Shown in pieces: positions 1-9,222 of a stretch of 11,785 nt of DNA. The DNA lies in NCBI GenBank assembly GCA_964565725.1, contig CAZMGA010000014.1, positions 1 through 11,785 of the forward strand, read 5' to 3'. The notes below the pieces were generated by a model, which ran no database searches, was not told where the DNA came from, and worked only from the letters and a program-made list of their open reading frames with translations. This DNA comes from an uncultured archaeon (GTDB taxonomy: Archaea > Iainarchaeota > Iainarchaeia > Iainarchaeales > 0-14-0-20-30-16). How positions within the stretch are numbered: the stretch's first letter is position 1; the number at the start of each line of letters is the position of its first letter. The position numbers were made by a program, and so were the translations under genes.

Positions 1-117
1 TGCTGATGAATCAGAAATTCTAAAGTGATCCCAATTCCTCTTAACTTTATACTTGGCTTTGGTTGGTGAATTAGTATTTATTTCTTCTTTAATCTATCTT
101 TGTTAATTACTCTATAA

Positions 118-180
118 TGCATAAATGTGGATAATATGCACTACTATGGGTGCATAAATGTGGATAATATGCACTACTAT
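118..180. repeat. Two perfect 30-bp direct repeats TGCATAAATGTGGATAATATGCACTACTAT (118-147 and 151-180) separated by GGG
   Basis: Read directly from sequence; 33-bp period; ends 45 bp upstream of the ATPase ATG at 226. Confidence 0.97.
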
Positions 181-225
181 TTATAAAACTATTGTTATTT
201 AGTATATTATTGGATAAGTGATATT
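181..225 (+). promoter_or_regulatory. Putative promoter and RBS of the AAA ATPase gene
   Basis: TTATAAAAC (181-189) resembles an archaeal TATA box. An SD-like AAGTGAT lies a few nt before the ATG at 226. Confidence 0.4.
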
Positions 226-1452
226 ATGTCAGAGCAAGATATTAAGGATCAAAATCTACATTGGTTTAATGAAAATGCATATTCTTTCAAGATAAAAAGA
301 AAAATGTACTCTATTTTAGAAACTGAATTAAAATATAAACATATTACTGGCATTACCGGTCCAAGAAGAGTTGGAAAAACAATATTAATGAAACAATTAA
401 TTGCTTATTTAATAAAGTCAAAAATACCAAAAGAAAATATACTATATTTTAGTTTTGATGAAATTAGTTCTGAAAACTCAATTAAATTATTAATGCGAGA
501 TTGGGAGAGAATTTTAAATACAAATTTCCAAAAAGATAAATATTTTGTTTTTATTGATGAAATACAAAATGTAAATCGATGGGCTGAACAATTAAAAACA
601 TATTATGACCTATATGAAAACAATATAAAATTCTTTATTTCTGGTTCTGCAAGTTTAAATATTAGGAAAGGACAAGAAAGTTTGGCTGGCAGATTAATTG
701 AATTTTTTGTTGGGCCTTTAGATTATGAAGAATATTTATTATTTGCAGATAAACCAAAATTAAATCTACAAGAATATTATAATGATTATATTTACAAACA
801 ATTGCCCGCTTTAGCTACAAATTCAGAAGATAAAAGAAGATATACAGATAGTATTGTTAAAAAAATAATTTATGAAGATAGTGTCAAATATTATAATATA
901 GATAATCCTAGTTTGTTAGATGCTTTATTTAAAATAATTGTTAGAAAACCAGGACAAATAATAAATTATGATGATTTGGCGAATGATTTAGGTGCTAGTA
1001 GAAATACATTGCCAAAATACTTTGAAGTTTTAGAAAAAAGTTATTTAATAAGAAAATTATACAATTATTCAAATAATGCAAGAAAAATAGAAAAGAAATC
1101 AAAAAAGTTTTATCCATATTTTACAACCTTGTTTAATTATATTTTACCACAAGAAATTGATATAGGTGAATTAACAGAAACAATAGTTGCACAAAAAATA
1201 GGTGCTGAATTTTTTCATAATGTTAAAAATAAAGAAATAGATTTTATTATTTTGAGAGATAATAATGTTAAGATAGGGGTAGAAGTAAAAGCAAGAAATG
1301 TAATTATGAAAAAAGACATAAAATATTTATTAGATAATAAATTAAAATTAACAAATAAAGTATTAGTAACTTTGCAAGATAGTAAACTAGATTTTGGAGA
1401 TGAAGCAATAATTAAAATGTCTATTTTAGAATTATTAACAAAAGGATTATAA
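226..1452 (+). CDS. AAA_14 / DUF4143-type archaeal ATPase with C-terminal PD-(D/E)XK-like segment
   Basis: Walker A GPRRVGKT, Walker B YFVFIDEIQN, FFISGSASLN sensor segment, SLAGRLIEFFVGPLDYEEYL; winged-helix-like GQIINYDDLANDLGASRNTLPKYFEVLEKSYLI; C-terminal EIDFII...GVEVKAR. Confidence 0.88.
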   Translation: MSEQDIKDQNLHWFNENAYSFKIKRKMYSILETELKYKHITGITGPRRVGKTILMKQLIAYLIKSKIPKENILYFSFDEISSENSIKLLMRDWERILNTNFQKDKYFVFIDEIQNVNRWAEQLKTYYDLYENNIKFFISGSASLNIRKGQESLAGRLIEFFVGPLDYEEYLLFADKPKLNLQEYYNDYIYKQLPALATNSEDKRRYTDSIVKKIIYEDSVKYYNIDNPSLLDALFKIIVRKPGQIINYDDLANDLGASRNTLPKYFEVLEKSYLIRKLYNYSNNARKIEKKSKKFYPYFTTLFNYILPQEIDIGELTETIVAQKIGAEFFHNVKNKEIDFIILRDNNVKIGVEVKARNVIMKKDIKYLLDNKLKLTNKVLVTLQDSKLDFGDEAIIKMSILELLTKGL

Positions 1453-1718
1453 ATTTTTTAAATTATATCCTACAAATCCCTCTATTATTTCTTTTTTCTT
1501 TCTTGAGAGTATCTTTAGATTAATCAAATTTCTCTTCTTTTCAAGGTTTTGTGGATTTATAAATGTATGCCACGCAAAATGCAAGTATTAGGTTTAAAAT
1601 GTCAGGTTTATGAAGAAAATCATGGGCGCAATAGATATGGTGTTTTTGATTAATCAAATATTATTTCTTAATTAGTTTCTTTATTATTGTCTTTTAAACA
1701 TATTTGTTTTATTTTATT

Positions 1719-2441
1719 ATGAATAATTTAATATGTTTGCCAACAGGAAAGAATTTGCAGAATATTCTTGATGTGAAGAAAGATTTTTATTTTGAAAAAT
1801 ATTATTCACATTTTGATATTGATGGTTTGGAATTAACAATGGCCTTTAAAGAGCGAATTTATGATTTTAAATTAAATAAAGAAAATAAAAAATATTTGCA
1901 AGATTTAGAGTATTTATCAATTCATGGGCCGTTTACAATTATAAATGAAACAAAACAAGAAAAAATTAAAATTCTAGATACCTTATATAATTTATATGAT
2001 AAAACTAATTCTAAATACATTTTATTTCATGTGCATGAATGCCCATATGATTTAATAGATAATTATTCTTGGAATGTTATTTTAGAAAATATGCCTAAAA
2101 AAGAAAAACTAGACAATAAGAAAATGACAAATATAATGATAAAAAGTAAATATGGATTTTGTTTAGATACTAGCCATGCATACACTCATAATAAAGACGA
2201 AATAAATAATTTATATACTTTAATGGAAAATAAACTAAAACAAATCCATTTGAGTGCTACTTTTAGAAAAAAAGAACATAGAAATTTATCTACTGCAACA
2301 AAATCTTTTAATGAATCCTTAAAACCAATATTAAAAACAAATGTGCCTTTGCAATTAGAAATAAATGAAATGTGGAAATCCAAAGATGTTTTTAAAGTTG
2401 TAAATAAAGAAATTAAATCTGCGAGAGAATTGTTTAATTAA
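1719..2441 (+). CDS. Xylose isomerase-like / AP endonuclease family 2-like TIM-barrel protein
   Basis: Motifs LSIHGPF, ILFHVHECP, GFCLDTSHAY, IHLSA and LQLEIN fit the AP_endonuc_2 fold. The ORF track begins at TTG 1704; ATG 1719 is preferred because TTTTAAACA lies about 25 bp upstream. Confidence 0.72.
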   Translation: MNNLICLPTGKNLQNILDVKKDFYFEKYYSHFDIDGLELTMAFKERIYDFKLNKENKKYLQDLEYLSIHGPFTIINETKQEKIKILDTLYNLYDKTNSKYILFHVHECPYDLIDNYSWNVILENMPKKEKLDNKKMTNIMIKSKYGFCLDTSHAYTHNKDEINNLYTLMENKLKQIHLSATFRKKEHRNLSTATKSFNESLKPILKTNVPLQLEINEMWKSKDVFKVVNKEIKSARELFN

Positions 2442-3168
2442 TCTTTCCAATATATACATTACATCTGTAATTGTATTTGATTATTCCATTTTTAGCATAT
2501 TTATTAAATGCAATAGTTATTTTCTTTTCAAGATCTTTATAATCTTTGGTATTTGATAAAGGACAATAAGATAAAGATTTAATTCTACCTAAAACGCAAT
2601 TTAAATCAAATTCTTGATGATGATTAAAAGAAATCTTTTCATAATTATTTGAAAAGAATTTATTTACTATATTATTATTTCTATTTTTTTCTTTTATTAC
2701 GTATTTATTTAAAATCTGTTTTTGTTCTTTTAAATATTTAGTATTATTAATTTTACTATTCCAAATTAAAATTATTTTACTATTAGATTTTAAAATTCTT
2801 CTAAATTCAATTTTAGTTTTATTTAAATCAAACCAATGAAACGCTTGCGCAGAAATAATAATATCTAAAGAATTATTTTTTAAGTTAGTATTTTCAGCAG
2901 AACCATTAATAGATATAAATTTCTTGTTTTTATTTAATAATTTTTCAGCTTGTCTTCTCATATATCTATTTGGTTCTACAGCATAAACTTTTTTTATATA
3001 ATCTAAAATTAATTCAGTAAATTTTCCTGTTCCTGAACCAATATCTGCAATTATTTTATTTTTTATTTTCATATTTTTTATTAAATAATTTATGCACTCT
3101 TGAGGATAAGTAGGTCTATATTTAGCATAATCTTTTGCTTTATGAAAAAAACGTTTAGTGTTATCCAT
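2434..3168 (-). CDS. Class I SAM-dependent methyltransferase (Methyltransf_11-like)
   Basis: Motif I IADIGSGTGKFTELIL, acidic VYAVEPNRYM, NGSAENTNLKNNSLDIIISAQAFHWFD, then FRRILKSNSKIILIWN. Confidence 0.85.
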   Translation of the reverse strand: MDNTKRFFHKAKDYAKYRPTYPQECINYLIKNMKIKNKIIADIGSGTGKFTELILDYIKKVYAVEPNRYMRRQAEKLLNKNKKFISINGSAENTNLKNNSLDIIISAQAFHWFDLNKTKIEFRRILKSNSKIILIWNSKINNTKYLKEQKQILNKYVIKEKNRNNNIVNKFFSNNYEKISFNHHQEFDLNCVLGRIKSLSYCPLSNTKDYKDLEKKITIAFNKYAKNGIIKYNYRCNVYIGKIN

Positions 3169-3186
3169 AATATTATAATAAATTAA

Positions 3187-3196
3187 TTTTATAAAT
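3187..3196. promoter_or_regulatory. Putative bidirectional TATA box (TTTTATAAAT, palindromic core TTTATAAA 3188-3195)
   Basis: Core centre is about 25 bp from the ATG at 3217 (+) and about 23 bp from the ATG at 3168 (-). No SD is seen before either ORF. Confidence 0.5.
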
Positions 3197-3216
3197 AGTT
3201 TTAGGTTTAATTATAT

Positions 3217-3834
3217 ATGGGTAATTTTAAGGAATTTGCAAAAGAATTAGATCTTTTTAAAATAAATGATAATTTAATAATCATAGGTATATCAGAACAT
3301 AGATTTTTTGATGGTTTTACAGTTAGAACAAATTCATCTGAAAAAGTGTATTATTTATATAGTAGAAAAGAACCAATTGCAATATTTCAATTAAAAAGTC
3401 AAGGGCTTGGAAAAGGAGTTGAAATTGGGTTTATTCAAGGTATGAAAGGAGTAAGACCCCCAGATTGTTGGATTGAAACTATGTTAACACCAATAGTATA
3501 TTTAGGATTAAAATATTTTCCAGAATTAAAAAATAACGCTATATCTTTGGATATGACTACTTTTAATAAATACGCAAGTAAAAATTCTAAAGAAGATCTA
3601 AAAAATAATCCTTTATTAAAATCTGAAATGGGTATTTATGGTAAAGCAAGAGATTTGTTTTTCGATAAATCAGGGAAATTAAATTTTAATAAAGAAAGAG
3701 TTAAAGGTTTAGTAACAAGATTACAAAATGAAGCTAAATTAAAACTACATTTTCAAAAACAATTAAGGCGAAAACCAATTGCAAAATTAAGAGATTTATT
3801 TAAAGGGGTTAAAAGAAAAATATTTTATAAATAA
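3217..3834 (+). CDS. Conserved-looking hypothetical protein, no family recognised
   Basis: 205-aa intact ORF with balanced composition (MKGVRPPDCWIETMLTPIVYLGLKYFP; basic C-terminus) and a plausible TATA-like promoter. Confidence 0.7.
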   Translation: MGNFKEFAKELDLFKINDNLIIIGISEHRFFDGFTVRTNSSEKVYYLYSRKEPIAIFQLKSQGLGKGVEIGFIQGMKGVRPPDCWIETMLTPIVYLGLKYFPELKNNAISLDMTTFNKYASKNSKEDLKNNPLLKSEMGIYGKARDLFFDKSGKLNFNKERVKGLVTRLQNEAKLKLHFQKQLRRKPIAKLRDLFKGVKRKIFYK

Positions 3835-3835
3835 T

Positions 3836-4618
3836 TTATTTATATTCTTTAGAAATCTCTAAAGCCATTTGCCTTAATTCTCTTCTAAGTTCTGCTTGAT
3901 CTTGTAAAGCATTTTTATTGTATTCAGAATTCATTCTTGTAAATTTAAACGCAAACATTCTTTTTAAATATTCTTTAATTGTTAATTTATCTTTAGGATT
4001 TGTTGGTTTTTCTAAAACAATTTTACCATTTCTTTTTCTTAATATAAATATATTTCCTCTATCATCTTTAACTACATTGCCATAACCAGAATAAAGAACA
4101 TTATTAACATAAATTTCATTTTTTTTAGGACTATTAAAAGATGATTCGTGTACATTGTAAGTTATAGCTTCTTTACCAAATTGTTGTTTTAATTTAAATT
4201 TAATTCTATTCATACTATGTCCTGTAAAACTATAATCTATTATTATAAATTTAGCATTTTTTATTTGTTTAAGATGATCTGGTATTTTTATAATATGATT
4301 TTTTCTTGAAGAATATACGTGTGCAACTGCTTGTTGTCTGTATTTTTTGTAAATTGGCAAATATATTTCTGGAAAAGCATTTACTAATAAAGTGTTAAAA
4401 AAATAAGCTGAATTTCTCATACTTGTATCTGGTAAAATAATTATTGGTATTTCTCCATTTTTAATTATATTTTTTGCATCTTCTAATAGTTTTTTACCAG
4501 GTTCTATAATATGTTTTTTATCTATATTTCTTATAGTAAATGGTTTTCGTTCTATTGGTTTAACTAATTCTCTTTTAAGTGTTGGTCTTTTTATTCTTTC
4601 TAAAATTCTTTTTGGCAT
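3836..4618 (-). CDS. Phosphoribosyltransferase-fold-like hypothetical protein
   Basis: IPIIILPDTSMRNSAYFF and FIIIDYSFTGHSM resemble the hydrophobic strand/PRPP-loop pattern. The ORF track extends to a GTG at 4633, but ATG 4618 fits a leaderless start with AATATAAA (4641-4648, minus strand) about 26 bp upstream. Confidence 0.6.
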   Translation of the reverse strand: MPKRILERIKRPTLKRELVKPIERKPFTIRNIDKKHIIEPGKKLLEDAKNIIKNGEIPIIILPDTSMRNSAYFFNTLLVNAFPEIYLPIYKKYRQQAVAHVYSSRKNHIIKIPDHLKQIKNAKFIIIDYSFTGHSMNRIKFKLKQQFGKEAITYNVHESSFNSPKKNEIYVNNVLYSGYGNVVKDDRGNIFILRKRNGKIVLEKPTNPKDKLTIKEYLKRMFAFKFTRMNSEYNKNALQDQAELRRELRQMALEISKEYK

Positions 4619-4640
4619 AATATAAATAAACACAATTAAA

Positions 4641-4648
4641 TTTATATT
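4641..4648 (-). promoter_or_regulatory. Putative TATA box for the PRTase-like gene
   Basis: AATATAAA on the minus strand, about 26 bp upstream of ATG 4618. Confidence 0.4.
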
Positions 4649-4658
4649 GTATTATTAA

Positions 4659-9040
<4,382 letters not shown>

Positions 9041-9090
9041 ATTGTCACCCTCAAAATTAAAATAAGTTATTATAGCTATAAAGCTCTGCT

Positions 9091-9168
9091 TATATATTAT
9101 TATAATATAATTATATATATAAATATATGGATTTTAAAATTAAATTTATATAAATAAATATATAAATA
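9091..9168. other. Extremely A/T-only intergenic tract between gyrA and the divergent P-type ATPase gene
   Basis: 9091-9128 and 9131-9168 contain no G or C and are separated only by GG. Confidence 0.9.
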
Positions 9169-9183
9169 CATTCTTTTTTTATA

Positions 9184-9193
9184 CTATAAATAC
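9184..9193 (+). promoter_or_regulatory. Putative TATA box for the P-type ATPase gene
   Basis: CTATAAATAC about 30-39 bp upstream of the TTG start, leaving room for a short leader containing GTGAT. Confidence 0.4.
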
Positions 9194-9222
9194 AGTTTTT
9201 TTTATATTTTGGTAGTGATGTT

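Noticed and set aside
118-180. CRISPR array
   Set aside because: Only two repeat units with a 3-bp gap; no spacer-sized unique sequence and no cas genes.
118-180. Repeat-encoded peptide (the minus-strand frame is open across both units, VVHIIHIYAPIVVHIIHIYAL)
   Set aside because: The 33-bp period trivially preserves frame; very short, with no RBS and no stop-free extension.
1453-1718. tRNA or small structured RNA in the intergenic gap
   Set aside because: No T-loop GGTTCRANNCC-type sequence or acceptor-stem pairing found by eye; the only clear structure is short A/T palindromes.
2186-2383. Minus-strand 65-aa ORF in the track
   Set aside because: Fully antisense to the TIM-barrel CDS; low-complexity Phe/Leu/Ser composition typical of a shadow ORF.
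226-3834. New defence island (ATPase-nuclease plus methyltransferase plus unknown protein)
   Set aside because: The genes are not co-oriented or co-transcribed, and the methyltransferase looks like a generic small-molecule type with no DNA-MTase motifs (no NPPY/DPPY or PCQ catalytic motif). AAA_14/DUF4143 ATPases are also common non-defence genes.
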